A stretch of DNA of 64,000 bases. Origin: an uncultured Pseudomonadota bacterium (lineage in GTDB: Bacteria; Myxococcota_A; Polyangia; Fen-1088). This document shows positions 33,459-43,542 of the stretch, in pieces. The translations under genes and the position numbers were made by a program. The DNA lies in NCBI GenBank assembly GCA_963847705.1, contig CAWKBC010000047.1, positions 1 to 64,000 on the forward strand, read 5' to 3'. The notes under the pieces are model-generated. The model did not search any database and was not told the DNA's origin. It was given only the letters and a program-made list of their open reading frames with translations. Within the stretch, counting starts at the first letter, position 1; every line of letters begins with the position of its first letter.

Positions 33459-36017
33459 CTAGCCCAGCCAGTACGCCAGCTTGAGCAGGACGACATCGTC
33501 CGCCGCGCGCCCCCGCCAGATCGGCGCGAGCTCGAACTGCGCGCTCCCGCCGGGCCCCACCGTCAGCGCCGGCGTCTGCGCGCGCGTGTAAACCAGGAAC
33601 AAGGTGGAGCCGAGGCGGTACTCCCAGCGCAGCACCAGGTTGACGTTCAACGTCGCCTGTTCCGTGTCGGGATTCCCGGATGGAGCGCCGGCCGGCATGA
33701 GCGCCGCGAATGGCACCTGCTCGCGGAACGCCGTCTTGGGATAGACGAAGAACGAGCTGTAATGAACGGAGGCGAGAAAGAGCTGCGTGTAGAACTGCAG
33801 CGAGAGCTCGGGGGTGAAGGTGTAAGCCGCTCGCACCGTGATTCCGGCGCTGTTGGCGTTCTGGGTCGCGAACCGGTAGTCGGCGGGAGAGCCGATCTCG
33901 ACCAGCGAGGCGTCAGACCCGACGTAGCGGCGCAGCCCGTGGTCGAAGACCGCCGTCGGGAGCAGCGTCAACTCGAGCTCCGGTCGAAACCGCAGCGTGA
34001 GCTGGGCGTTGGTCTGGAGATAGGCGCCAAAGCCACTCTCGCGCCGTTCGGCGGCTCCCGACCAGGCGAAGGTGACCCGTCGGCGCGGGTCGGTGGAGAG
34101 CGTGGCGATCGCGCCGCCGCTGGCCGGGAACTGCAGCGCCGAGCCGTCGCCCATCTCGCGATCGTCCGAGTAGCGCCCGCGGAGGTTGGCCTCGAGATAG
34201 AACGACCAGAAGTTGCGCAGCGTCCAGGTGGTGGTGAGCGCGATCCCCTGCCACAGCCGGACGCCGTCCAGAGTCTCGCGGACGTTGAGCTGAAATCCGG
34301 TGGTCGTCTCGCGCGTCACCCACCAGGGCTGTAGCGTCCGGTAGGCGAGGTTGAAGTAACCTTGATAGTCGTTCTTGCGCTCGAGGTAGCCGGCGTCGTT
34401 GAACTCGAGCTCGCGGCCGGTGAGGTGTTGCCAGCCGTTCCACAGCCAGTGCGCCCCGCCTTCCTTTCCGACGTAAGCCGAGAGCCCCCCCGCCGTGTCG
34501 CCGGGCACGATCGGGATCCCATCGGGCTCGCTGCGCGCCGGCCCGCGCGACAGCACGCTGCCGATCGCCTGCCAGGCCGCCGCGTAGTCGCCCGAGGCCG
34601 AGCGCCAGCGTCCGTCGAGGCTGAGCACATAGGCGTCGTTGGTGCAGCGGCCGTCGGCCGCGGGCAGCGCCTGAGTGGCCGGGCAGCGGGCGCCCGCCGG
34701 CAGCTCGGGCTCGAAGCGGTTGGTGGCGGTCGCCATCAACCCGACGTCGGCGTTGGCGGCGATGAGGCGCTTCAGGCGCAGGACGTTGAAGGCGGTCGGC
34801 GGATTGACCAGTCGACTGACCCGCGTGCCGTCGGCCGTCTGCACCAGGGCGTCGTTCTCGCCGGTGACCGCCGACATGACGCCCACGGTGGTCTTGCCGC
34901 CGATCGTGCCGGAGACCTTGGCTGCGCCGTAGATCGCGGAAGGGTCGGGTTGCGCGTAGAGCAGCTCGCCGGTGTTGAGCGTCGGCAGCGCCGGCTGGCG
35001 ACCGATGCGACGGGTGTAGAGGATGGGGCGGATGGTGGCGAAGACGTCGAGCCCTTCCAGGAAGAAGGGCCGCTTTTCGGGGAAGAACGTCTCGAAGGTC
35101 GACAGGTTCAGGATGACGGTGTCTGCGTCGACCTGGCCGAAGTCGGGGTTCACGGTGAGGTCGAGCGTCAGCTCGTTGGTGAGGTGCGCCTTGGCGTCGA
35201 GCCCGGCCGAGAGGTGCGTGAAGGTGCCGTGCTCGATCGAGCTGGCGTCGGCGCCGGCGTCCCGGTGCTCGAGCTTGCCGAGGACGAACGGGCGCAGCTC
35301 GAAGCGGCCCGGCGGCGGCAGCCCCACGAGATCGTCGAGGCGGCCGAAGTAAGAGACGAAACCGGCCGCCCGCCGCGGGAAATAAGCCCAGTCGTCGGTC
35401 TCCTGGCGCGCGTCGATGGCGCGCCGGACCTGAAAGCCCCAGGAGGCGACCGGGCGCGCGGTGAAACGGAGGCTGGAAAGCGGGATGCGCATCTCTGCGC
35501 TGTAGCCGTGGTCGGTGGTGGCGACCTTGGCCTCCCAGATGGCGTCCCAGTCTGCCGAGTAGCCGGTGTCGTTGTAGTGGATCGCGTCGACCAGGACGCC
35601 GGCGGCGTTGACCTGGAAATGGTAGGCGCTGACGCCGTCGCTGCGGCTGTCGATGTCGAGCCAGACGCCGTCCGAGGGGAGCGAGCCGTCGCGCCGCTGC
35701 AGCCGCCGGACGATCGGCGAGTGGACCTGCGTGCAGTCGATGCCGATGTAGAGGTTCTTGTCGTCGTAGAGGACGCGCACCTCGGTGTGCTCGCTGGGGG
35801 CGGCCCCTTCGTCGGGGTAGTGCTGCGTGAACGCGTCCGAGGGGATGGCGGCGCGCCACACCAGGTCGTTCAGGTGGCCGTCGATCTTGGGCGGCGCCGG
35901 TGTCCGCACGGCGCGGATGTGGGGCCGTGGCGGCAGCAGGATGGCCCCGCCCGGAAGGCGCGGGGGCGCGATCGCTTGGGCCAGCACCAGCGCGAGAACG
36001 GGAGCGGAGGTCAACAC
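33459..36017 (-). CDS. DUF5916-like outer-membrane protein with N-terminal CBM9-like domain
   Basis: PKIDGHLND..W, TEVRVLYDD, LTVNPDFGQV, FFPEKRPFFLEG; C-terminal LRWEY...LKLAYW barrel end. Confidence 0.85.
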   Translation of the reverse strand: MLTSAPVLALVLAQAIAPPRLPGGAILLPPRPHIRAVRTPAPPKIDGHLNDLVWRAAIPSDAFTQHYPDEGAAPSEHTEVRVLYDDKNLYIGIDCTQVHSPIVRRLQRRDGSLPSDGVWLDIDSRSDGVSAYHFQVNAAGVLVDAIHYNDTGYSADWDAIWEAKVATTDHGYSAEMRIPLSSLRFTARPVASWGFQVRRAIDARQETDDWAYFPRRAAGFVSYFGRLDDLVGLPPPGRFELRPFVLGKLEHRDAGADASSIEHGTFTHLSAGLDAKAHLTNELTLDLTVNPDFGQVDADTVILNLSTFETFFPEKRPFFLEGLDVFATIRPILYTRRIGRQPALPTLNTGELLYAQPDPSAIYGAAKVSGTIGGKTTVGVMSAVTGENDALVQTADGTRVSRLVNPPTAFNVLRLKRLIAANADVGLMATATNRFEPELPAGARCPATQALPAADGRCTNDAYVLSLDGRWRSASGDYAAAWQAIGSVLSRGPARSEPDGIPIVPGDTAGGLSAYVGKEGGAHWLWNGWQHLTGRELEFNDAGYLERKNDYQGYFNLAYRTLQPWWVTRETTTGFQLNVRETLDGVRLWQGIALTTTWTLRNFWSFYLEANLRGRYSDDREMGDGSALQFPASGGAIATLSTDPRRRVTFAWSGAAERRESGFGAYLQTNAQLTLRFRPELELTLLPTAVFDHGLRRYVGSDASLVEIGSPADYRFATQNANSAGITVRAAYTFTPELSLQFYTQLFLASVHYSSFFVYPKTAFREQVPFAALMPAGAPSGNPDTEQATLNVNLVLRWEYRLGSTLFLVYTRAQTPALTVGPGGSAQFELAPIWRGRAADDVVLLKLAYWLG

Positions 36018-36045
36018 GGGCGCCGGCCATTGTATAACCGCGGCG

Positions 36046-37119
36046 ATGGCGCTCGTGGAACGGCTCGCGGAGTTGGTGTCGTTCGACACCCAGAATCCCG
36101 ACGGGGAAGAACAGCCGCTCGTGCACCGCCTGGCGGGCGAGCTGGCGGCGCTCGGCGCGCGCACCGTCGACGAGGTGGCCGTGGGCGACCATGCCTACGT
36201 CTACGCCCGGTTCGGCGAGGGGCCGCCCCGGCTGCTGGTGAACGCTCACCTCGATACCGTGCCGGCCAACAGCGGCTACACGTCGCCGCCCCACCTGCTC
36301 GTACAGCGCGGCGATCGCCTGTTCGGCCTGGGCACCGCCGACACCAAGGGGGCCATCGCGGCGGTGCTGGAGGTGCTGGCGGAGCGAAAGCCCAGCCGCG
36401 CGGTCGGCATCCTGTTCTCGGGCGACGAGGAGCACGGCCAGACCTGCATGGACGCCTTCTTGGCCAGCGAGGCAGCCGCCGGGCTGGAGCGGGCCGTCGT
36501 CTGTGAGCCGACCGGCTGCCGGGTTGGCGTCCGCCACCGCGGCATCGGGGCGGCCAAGGTGTCGCTGGAGGGGCCGGGCGGGCACTCCTCGCTGGTCGAC
36601 GGGCTCGTCAATCCGGTCGCCGTGCTGGCACGGGCCGCGGTCGCGCTCGACGAGATGGGGCTCGCGCATCGAGGCAAGGGACCGGCCGGGTTCCCGGGGA
36701 TCAACCTCAACGTGGCGGCGCTCGAGGGCGGGATCGCCTTCAACGTCGTGCCGACGCGGGCGACGCTGTCGTTCTCGCTTCGCCCGGCGCCCGGGACCAA
36801 CATCCACCAGCTCTTCACCGAGGCCGAAGCGCGGGTGCGGGCCGCCGTCGCGCCGCACGCCATCGCCTGGACGCTGGTGAAGGCGAGCTTGCCGTTCGCC
36901 ACCCGCGACCTCTCGGCGTTCGCCCCGCTCCTCGGGGAGCGGTTGCAGACCGCTGTCGATCTGGGGTTCTGGACCGAAGCCGCCAGCCTCTCCCAGCATG
37001 GCATCGACGCGGTGGTCTTCGGTCCGGGCGAGGTGGGGCAGGCGCACGCCGCCGACGAGTTCGTCACCATCGCCGATCTCGAGACGGCGCGGGCCACGTT
37101 CGCGACGGTGCTCGGCTGA
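36046..37119 (+). CDS. argE: M20-family amidohydrolase, acetylornithine deacetylase-like
   Basis: NAHLDTVP, GLGTADTKG, DEE, CEPT, GHSS, GPG..AHAADE; coupled to a NAGS-like gene. Confidence 0.8.
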   Translation: MALVERLAELVSFDTQNPDGEEQPLVHRLAGELAALGARTVDEVAVGDHAYVYARFGEGPPRLLVNAHLDTVPANSGYTSPPHLLVQRGDRLFGLGTADTKGAIAAVLEVLAERKPSRAVGILFSGDEEHGQTCMDAFLASEAAAGLERAVVCEPTGCRVGVRHRGIGAAKVSLEGPGGHSSLVDGLVNPVAVLARAAVALDEMGLAHRGKGPAGFPGINLNVAALEGGIAFNVVPTRATLSFSLRPAPGTNIHQLFTEAEARVRAAVAPHAIAWTLVKASLPFATRDLSAFAPLLGERLQTAVDLGFWTEAASLSQHGIDAVVFGPGEVGQAHAADEFVTIADLETARATFATVLG

Positions 37120-38267
37120 TGGAGGCGGAGATCGTCCAGCGCTTCCTGGAGAGCGTCGGCGCCAAGGCCGACATCGACCTCTACCTGAAGCTGTTTCGCT
37201 CGCAGCGCAAGGAGAGCTTCGCCATCCTCTCGCTCAACGCGCAGATCGTGAAGAGCGCGCTCGATCCGGTGCACTTCGATCTGCGCATCCTGGCCGGGCT
37301 CGGCCTCTTGCCCGTCGTGTTGCTGGGCCTCTTCGAACCGAAGGACGCCGACGCGCAGGCGACGCGCGTCTCCGACTGGCTGCTGGAAGACGCGGTCCCC
37401 TGCGAGGTGATTCGCGGCGACGCCGAGATGAGCGCGGCGACCGTCGACGCCATCCGCGCCGTCATCGCGCGCGGCGCGATCCCGTTGGTCTCCGTCGAGG
37501 CGGCCGCGGCGCTGACCATCGACGCGCGCTTCCGGCTGCTCGCCGGGCTGGCGACGGCGCTGGAGACGCGCAAGGTGGTGTTCCTCAGCCGCCGGCCCGG
37601 CCTGGTGGTGGGCGGCGACAAACCGCCCTCGGTGGTCAGCCTGGCCACCGACACGGAGCGGCTGCTGGCCCCCGGAGCGCTCTCGCGCGGACAGGCCTTG
37701 CTGCTCCGCCAGGTCAAGCGGCTGCTCGAGCAGGTGCCGCATTCGATGGGCGTCAACATCGTCAACCCGCTGCAGTTCCTGCGCGAGCTCTTCACGGTCA
37801 ACGGCGCCGGCACGCTGATCCGACGCGGCTCGCGCATCGACGTGCGCGAAGGCTGGGAGGCGGTCGATCCGGCGCGGCTGCGGGCGCTCTTCACCTCGGC
37901 GTTCGGGCGCGAAATCCGCGACGACTTCTTTGCCCGCCCGATCGCGCGCACCTTCGTCGAGGAGAGCTACCGCGGCGCCGCCGTGGTCGCCGAGACCGCG
38001 GTGGCCCCTTATCTGACCAAGTTCGCCGTCGAGCGGCAGGCCCAGGGCGAAGGCCTCGGCAGCGAGATCTGGTCGCTGGTCACGCGCGACTACCCGGAGT
38101 TCTTCTGGCGCTCGCGCCCGGAGAACCCGATCACCGCCTGGTACGTCAAGCAGTGCGACGGCCTCCTGCGCTTCCCCAAGTGGCACGTCTTCTGGCGCGG
38201 CCTCCCGGTCGAGACCATCCCCTCCGCGGTCCAACACGCGCTCGCCGCCGACAGCGACTTCGGCTAG
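37119..38267 (+). CDS. N-acetylglutamate synthase-like protein (degenerate AAK domain + DUF619-type NAT domain)
   Basis: ELFTVNGAGTLIRRG linker, YLTKFAV, GEGLG, FWRSRPENPITAWY. Confidence 0.8.
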   Translation: MEAEIVQRFLESVGAKADIDLYLKLFRSQRKESFAILSLNAQIVKSALDPVHFDLRILAGLGLLPVVLLGLFEPKDADAQATRVSDWLLEDAVPCEVIRGDAEMSAATVDAIRAVIARGAIPLVSVEAAAALTIDARFRLLAGLATALETRKVVFLSRRPGLVVGGDKPPSVVSLATDTERLLAPGALSRGQALLLRQVKRLLEQVPHSMGVNIVNPLQFLRELFTVNGAGTLIRRGSRIDVREGWEAVDPARLRALFTSAFGREIRDDFFARPIARTFVEESYRGAAVVAETAVAPYLTKFAVERQAQGEGLGSEIWSLVTRDYPEFFWRSRPENPITAWYVKQCDGLLRFPKWHVFWRGLPVETIPSAVQHALAADSDFG

Positions 38268-38336
38268 CGGCGGCTCAGGGGGCGCCGAACACCGGCGGCG
38301 TGGTCCGCACGCGGCCTATCGCATAGGATCCTGGGC

Positions 38337-38780
38337 ATGACCCGAACGGATGTCATCGAGAAGATCGTGACCGCCAGGCTCGCCAAGAAGCTCACCTGGA
38401 AGGCCTTGGCCGAGGCCTGTGGACGCAGCGAGGTCTGGACGACCTCGGCGCTGCTCGGCCAGCAGGCCATGAGCGCGGAAGAAGCGACGGCTGCGGGGCG
38501 GCTGCTCGGCCTCGGTGCCGAGGAGGTGGCGCTCTTGCAGGTTCCGCCATCGAAGGGCTCGCTCGGCGCCCAGATCTCGACGGATCCGTTGATCTATCGA
38601 TTCCACGAGATCGTTCAGGTGTACGGGACGACGCTCAAGGAGCTGATCCACGAGAACTTCGGAGATGGGATCATGAGCGCGATCGATTTCGAAATGAACG
38701 TGGAGAAGGTCCCGGATCCCAAGGGGGACCGGGTGAAGGTGACGATGCACGGCAAGTTTCTCCCTTACCGCAAGTGGTGA
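38337..38780 (+). CDS. cynS: Cyanase (cyanate hydratase)
   Basis: TDPLIYRFHEIVQVYG, FGDGIMSAIDF, GKFLPY. Confidence 0.96.
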   Translation: MTRTDVIEKIVTARLAKKLTWKALAEACGRSEVWTTSALLGQQAMSAEEATAAGRLLGLGAEEVALLQVPPSKGSLGAQISTDPLIYRFHEIVQVYGTTLKELIHENFGDGIMSAIDFEMNVEKVPDPKGDRVKVTMHGKFLPYRKW

Positions 38781-38857
38781 GCGACGGAGCAGCAGGTGTG
38801 GGCGCCCCGGGGCCTCGAGGGGGGAATCGAAGGATCTCGTCAGGCGGGCGCTGAGCG

Positions 38858-40141
38858 TCAGATCCGTTCGTCGCACTCCGCCCGCATGACGTCGTCGATC
38901 GTCTCGCGGCGCGACACCAGGGTGGCGTGGCCCTCGTCCCAGAAGACTTGCGGGACGCGGCCGAGGGAGACGTAGTTCGAGCTCATCGAGGCGCCGTAGG
39001 CGCCGGCGTCGTGCAGCACCAGCAGGTCGCCCACCTCCGGCTGCGGCAACGGGCGCGGGTCGAGCAGCTCCTTGTCGTCGCGGGTGAAGACGTCGCCGCT
39101 CTCGCACAGCGGGCCGGCCACGACGAACGGCTCGGGGGTGCGGGCCGCGCCCTTTCCGACGATCGAGATGTGGTGGTACGAGCCGTACATGGCCGGGCGG
39201 ACCAGATCGTTGAAGCCGGCGTCCACCATGATGAAGCGGTGGCCGGGGCCCTTGGGGTTCGACTCGGTCCTCTTGAGATCCTTCACCCGGCAGACCAGCA
39301 GCCCCGCCGCAGCGATGGGATAGCGCCCCGGTTCGATCTCGACGCGGATCTGGCGCCCGGCCGCCCTGGCCAGCACGGCCGCCACCTCGACCAGCAGCTT
39401 GCGAAAGCCGATGAGGTCGTAGCTGGGCGCGCCCGGGCGATAGGGGTGCGGGATGCCGCCGCCCAGATTGATCGCCTCGATGTGGGGAAACTCCGACAGG
39501 CGCGGCGTCATCATCTCCACGAAGCGGCGCAGGTTCTCGTCGAACTCCGCGATGCGCGGGCCGGTCCCGAGGTGGGCGTGCAGCTCGATGACCGGCAGCT
39601 TGGCGGCGATCGCGCGGGCGCGCAGCTCGCCCAGCGCCTCGTGCCAGATCCCGTGCTTCGAAGAGGGACCGCCGGTGTCGCACGACTGGACGTGGCCGTG
39701 TCCGAAGCCCGGGTTCACCCGCACGGCGATGGGGCCGGTGTAGCCAGCGCCGTGCAGCTCGTCGATCATGCCCGGTGAGCCGACGTTCGGAAGCACGCCA
39801 TGCTCCAGCACGGCGGTGAGCGCGTTGTCGCGCAGCACGTCGGCGGTCAGCATGACCACGGGCGGCTTCGCCCCCATGGGGAACCCGGCCCGACGCGCCC
39901 GCAGGACCTCGTTGCCGCTCACGGCATCGATCCAGAGCCCCGCGGCGCGCACCGCCTCCAGCACCTTCCAGTTGGAGTTCGCCTTCATCGCGTAGCGTGC
40001 TTGCAGGGCGTCCCCTGCCGTCAGCGCCGCCAGGGCGTTCAGGCGCCGGCGCAGCTCGGCGGCGTCGTAGAGGTAGAACGGTGTTCCGACCTGATCGGCG
40101 AGGCGTTCGAGCGGATAGGCGGCGAGATCGAGCGACGGCAT
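38858..40141 (-). CDS. lysA: Diaminopimelate decarboxylase
   Basis: RYAMKAN, DAVSGNE, NLGGG, EPGRY, GPLCESGD, GAYGASMSSNY. Confidence 0.95.
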   Translation of the reverse strand: MPSLDLAAYPLERLADQVGTPFYLYDAAELRRRLNALAALTAGDALQARYAMKANSNWKVLEAVRAAGLWIDAVSGNEVLRARRAGFPMGAKPPVVMLTADVLRDNALTAVLEHGVLPNVGSPGMIDELHGAGYTGPIAVRVNPGFGHGHVQSCDTGGPSSKHGIWHEALGELRARAIAAKLPVIELHAHLGTGPRIAEFDENLRRFVEMMTPRLSEFPHIEAINLGGGIPHPYRPGAPSYDLIGFRKLLVEVAAVLARAAGRQIRVEIEPGRYPIAAAGLLVCRVKDLKRTESNPKGPGHRFIMVDAGFNDLVRPAMYGSYHHISIVGKGAARTPEPFVVAGPLCESGDVFTRDDKELLDPRPLPQPEVGDLLVLHDAGAYGASMSSNYVSLGRVPQVFWDEGHATLVSRRETIDDVMRAECDERI

Positions 40142-40221
40142 CTTGGCGAACTATCCCAGATGCGGCCCCCTGGTCAACGTCGCAAACGTTGCAAGGCCGC
40201 GAGGTCGCACCGCCGCGCCCG

Positions 40222-41553
40222 TCAAGCGCGGGACGGTTCGATGTCGGGGAGCCGGGGCTTCTGCGATGTGAGCGCGATCGGCGAGCGACGCGGCAGCGTG
40301 ATGGTGAACGCGGCGCCCGCCCCCACCGCGCTGGTGACCGAGATCTTCCCCCCCAGCGCCTTGCACAGCTCGCTGGTGATCCAGAGCCCCAGCCCGAGCC
40401 CGGGGTGCTGCCGCTGGCCGCTGGCGCGCTCGAAGCGTCGGAAGATCCGCTGCTGATCCTCGGCCGAGATGCCGATGCCGTGGTCGCGCACGATGAGCTG
40501 GACGACGTCGGCGGTGCCGCGCCCTTCGATCTCGATCCCGCCGCCGGCGCCGTACTTCACGGCGTTGGCGATCAGGTTGGTGACGATCTGGTCGAGGCGC
40601 GCCTCATCCCACAGACCGACCAGCGGCTCGGGAAGATCGATCTTCATCGCGCAGGAGGCGGCCGCGGCGTCGGGCGCGAACCGCTGCGCCACCTCGCGCG
40701 CCAGCGCCGCCAGATCGACCCGATCGAAGTTCAGCTCGAGGCGCCCCGCGGTGAGGCGCGACATGTCCAGCATCCCGTCGATCAGGCCCGACAGGCGACC
40801 CGCCTGCCGCGCGATGGAGCCGATGCGCTGCCGCTCGACGTCGCCGAGGACGCCGCCCGGCGTGAGGGAGACGGCGCGCTCGACGGCGTCGATCTGCAGC
40901 AACAGCGAGGTGAGGGGGGTGCGCAGCTCGTGCGCGGCGATGGCCAGAAACTCGTCGCGGGCCGCGATGGCCGCCTCGGAGGCGCGCGCGCGGGTATCGG
41001 CCTCGGCGCCCGCGCGCCGGAGCGCGGCCTCCCGCGCGTGCAGCCGGCCGTAGGAGCCGGAGATGTAGGCCGCCAGCATCACCATGATCGCCGCCGTCCC
41101 CGCCCACTGCCAGCACAGCGCAGGCGTGGTGCCGGCGGCGGTCAAGATGCCGAGCCCGCCGGCCAGCATCGCCAGCCCCGAGCCGATGATCGCCGCCGGA
41201 TGATCCTGAATCACGACGGCGATCGCCACCGGGAGCGCCAGCATCCAGTGAAAAAGAGGGCTGGCCACCCCGCCGGTGAGGGCCGCCAGCGCCGCGTAAA
41301 ACGCCGTCGAGAACACGGCCAGCGCCAGCATCAGCTCACGCGTGCGCTCCCGCCCGGCGCCGCGGAGGTTGAGCGCCGTCGCCACGATGAACAGCGCCCA
41401 GAGTAGCCGCACCACCAGCGGCCGCCAGGCGAAGTAACCGAGCGTGATCCGATCGGTCGCCGCAAACAGCACGATGATGCCGGCGCAGAGCAGGAGGACC
41501 CGCTGCCGCTCGCGCGTGCCGTCCGTCGACCTGCTGCGGTCCGCCTCGCCCAT
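40222..41553 (-). CDS. Membrane sensor histidine kinase
   Basis: Five to six TM helices; AHELRTPL H-box, NLIANAVKY N-box, DHGIG and GLGLGL G-boxes. Confidence 0.93.
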   Translation of the reverse strand: MGEADRSRSTDGTRERQRVLLLCAGIIVLFAATDRITLGYFAWRPLVVRLLWALFIVATALNLRGAGRERTRELMLALAVFSTAFYAALAALTGGVASPLFHWMLALPVAIAVVIQDHPAAIIGSGLAMLAGGLGILTAAGTTPALCWQWAGTAAIMVMLAAYISGSYGRLHAREAALRRAGAEADTRARASEAAIAARDEFLAIAAHELRTPLTSLLLQIDAVERAVSLTPGGVLGDVERQRIGSIARQAGRLSGLIDGMLDMSRLTAGRLELNFDRVDLAALAREVAQRFAPDAAAASCAMKIDLPEPLVGLWDEARLDQIVTNLIANAVKYGAGGGIEIEGRGTADVVQLIVRDHGIGISAEDQQRIFRRFERASGQRQHPGLGLGLWITSELCKALGGKISVTSAVGAGAAFTITLPRRSPIALTSQKPRLPDIEPSRA

Positions 41554-41734
41554 GCACCGGATTCTAACGCCGGGGCGGGGCTGGCGGCGTGGGCGCCCTC
41601 CGGCCGACACGTCGTCGGGCCAGGACGCTTCGCCCACCGTCGCCTCACGGCAACGCCCGTCCTCACAGGACGTTGACTTAGGGCCCCTGCGGTCCCTAGG
41701 ATCCGTCTTGAGATCTATCTTGCTGCGAAGACTG

Positions 41735-42448
41735 GTGCGAAGACCAACTGGAGCAGGCCTGGTGCTCGTGGCGCTCCTCCTGATGAGTGGCCAGCCCGCG
41801 CGGGCCGCCGATCCGCGGCTCGATTCCGCCCGCGCCCACTCGCAGGTGGGCGACTCGTATTACAAGCTGGAGAAGTACCAGAACGCGATCGCCGAGTACG
41901 AGCAGGCCTACGTGGCCAAGCCGGATCCCAGCTTTCTGTACAACATCGCGCAGTGCCACCGCCTGATGGGGCAAGGGGCGGAGGCGATCAAGTTCTACCG
42001 GCGGTTTCTGAAGGACGCGCCGACCGCACCCAACCGCGCCGTCGCGGAAAAACACATCAGGGATCTCGAGGAGGCGTCGCCGGGTCCACCGCCGACGGCC
42101 CCGCCGCCCGCCGCCGCTTCGCCTCCGACGGTGATCGCACCGGCACCCGTTTCGGTCATTCCGCCGCCGGAGCCGCCGGCCGTATCGGTGCCCTCATCGT
42201 TGCCGTCCTCTTCGACCTCGCCCAGCCCGGCGTTCAACCCACTTCTACCCACTTCAGCGCCGATGTCGACGACGCCAACCGTCGAGAACGGCACGTCCTC
42301 GACACCACCCGAGTCGCGTCCGATCTATTCTAAATGGTGGTTCTGGGCGGGTGTGGGGGCCGTGGTGGTGGGTGGAATCATCTTGATCGCGGCGACGGCA
42401 AAGCACGATCCGTCGTGCCCCGGAGGGTTCACTTGTCAAGGGAACTGA
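41735..42448 (+). CDS. TPR-repeat protein with Pro-rich linker and C-terminal membrane segment
   Basis: AIAEYEQAY..KPDPSFLYNIAQC TPRs; C-terminal KWWFWAGVGAVVVGG; start uncertain. Confidence 0.8.
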   Translation: MRRPTGAGLVLVALLLMSGQPARAADPRLDSARAHSQVGDSYYKLEKYQNAIAEYEQAYVAKPDPSFLYNIAQCHRLMGQGAEAIKFYRRFLKDAPTAPNRAVAEKHIRDLEEASPGPPPTAPPPAAASPPTVIAPAPVSVIPPPEPPAVSVPSSLPSSSTSPSPAFNPLLPTSAPMSTTPTVENGTSSTPPESRPIYSKWWFWAGVGAVVVGGIILIAATAKHDPSCPGGFTCQGN

Positions 42449-43530
42449 AACGCTGGCAGGCAATCACATTGGCGGCGGCGATCGTGCTCGTTCCGATCCT
42501 CTCGTGCAGCCAGCGGTCGCTGGTGCTGGTCACGGTCGAAGCTCCCCCGAACGTGACCTACCCGTCCGCGGTCAGCCTGGTCCTGCGGGCCAATGACCTG
42601 GCCAACGGCACGGAGACGACGACGTTCGAAAACGTCGTGTTCACCGGCGGTGTCTTCAAAGCCGGCATCTACCTTCCTTCGGACATGAGCGGCACCGTCA
42701 TGATCTCGGCGGGGGTGGATCAGGACAGCTGCCAGGTCGCCACCGGCAGCGCCAACGCGCTGGGTGTTTCGGCCGGAAATACGGTCTCGACGACGATCAT
42801 GCTCGCGGCGATCGGCTGCCTCCCCGTGGACGGCGGCGCGGGCTCGAGCGGCGCGGGCGGCAGCAAGGGCAGCGGCGGCAACGGCGCCGGCGGTGTGGCG
42901 ACAGGAACGGGCGGCGCGACCGGCAGCGGCGGCGCAGTTGGCAGCGGCGGCGTGGTCGGCAGCGGCGGTCACGGCGGAAGCGCGACCGGCGGCGTGGTCG
43001 GGACCGGTGGTGTGAACAGCGCGGGCGGCGTGATCGGCACGGGCGGTCACGGCGGAAGCGCGACCGGCGGCGTGGTCGGGACCGGTGGTGTGAGCAGCAC
43101 GGGCGGCGTGATCGGCACGGGCGGCGTGATCGGCACGGGCGGCGTGATCGGCACAGGCGGCCTCGTGGGCAGCGGCGGCAAGGGCGGCAGCGCGAGCGGC
43201 GGGACGAGCGGCACGGGCGGCGTCGTGGGGAGCGGTGGCAGCAGCGGCTGCACCTGCCCCGACCCAAACGAGATCTGCCAGCCCGGGACCACCACCTGCG
43301 TCTGCTCCCAGAGCGACAGCACGGCCTGCGCCAGCGTCACCTGCGGCACCGTCACGAACATCTGCAATCAGACCGTGCAATGCCCCGACAACTGTCCTTC
43401 CGGCTACGTCTGCGACACCACGCTCAACACCTGCCGGAAGCTGGTGACGACCGGTTGCGGTGGTTCAGTGGCCACCGGAACGGGCAACATTGTGGGGACA
43501 GAGGCCGCGATCTGCCCCCTGACCGACTAG
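42445..43530 (+). CDS. Lipoprotein with Gly/Thr-rich repeat linker and Cys-rich C-terminus
   Basis: ILSC lipobox; (G[TS]GGV[IV])n repeats; multiple Cys; start uncertain (CTG 42445 or TTG 42469). Confidence 0.75.
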   Translation: MKRWQAITLAAAIVLVPILSCSQRSLVLVTVEAPPNVTYPSAVSLVLRANDLANGTETTTFENVVFTGGVFKAGIYLPSDMSGTVMISAGVDQDSCQVATGSANALGVSAGNTVSTTIMLAAIGCLPVDGGAGSSGAGGSKGSGGNGAGGVATGTGGATGSGGAVGSGGVVGSGGHGGSATGGVVGTGGVNSAGGVIGTGGHGGSATGGVVGTGGVSSTGGVIGTGGVIGTGGVIGTGGLVGSGGKGGSASGGTSGTGGVVGSGGSSGCTCPDPNEICQPGTTTCVCSQSDSTACASVTCGTVTNICNQTVQCPDNCPSGYVCDTTLNTCRKLVTTGCGGSVATGTGNIVGTEAAICPLTD

Positions 43531-43542
43531 GCCGCCTCTCAC

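Noticed and set aside
32279-34334. ORFs crossing the repeat region (32279-33376, 32799-34334, 33100-33462; also 47672-48349)
   Set aside because: The 46- and 58-bp periods are not multiples of 3, so the same peptides recur in shifting frames; no RBS or protein-like composition.
33913-37047. 1044-aa minus-strand ORF and many similar Arg/Ala/Pro-rich long ORFs
   Set aside because: Off-frame or antisense ORFs expected in very GC-rich DNA; they overlap well-supported genes and have no motifs.
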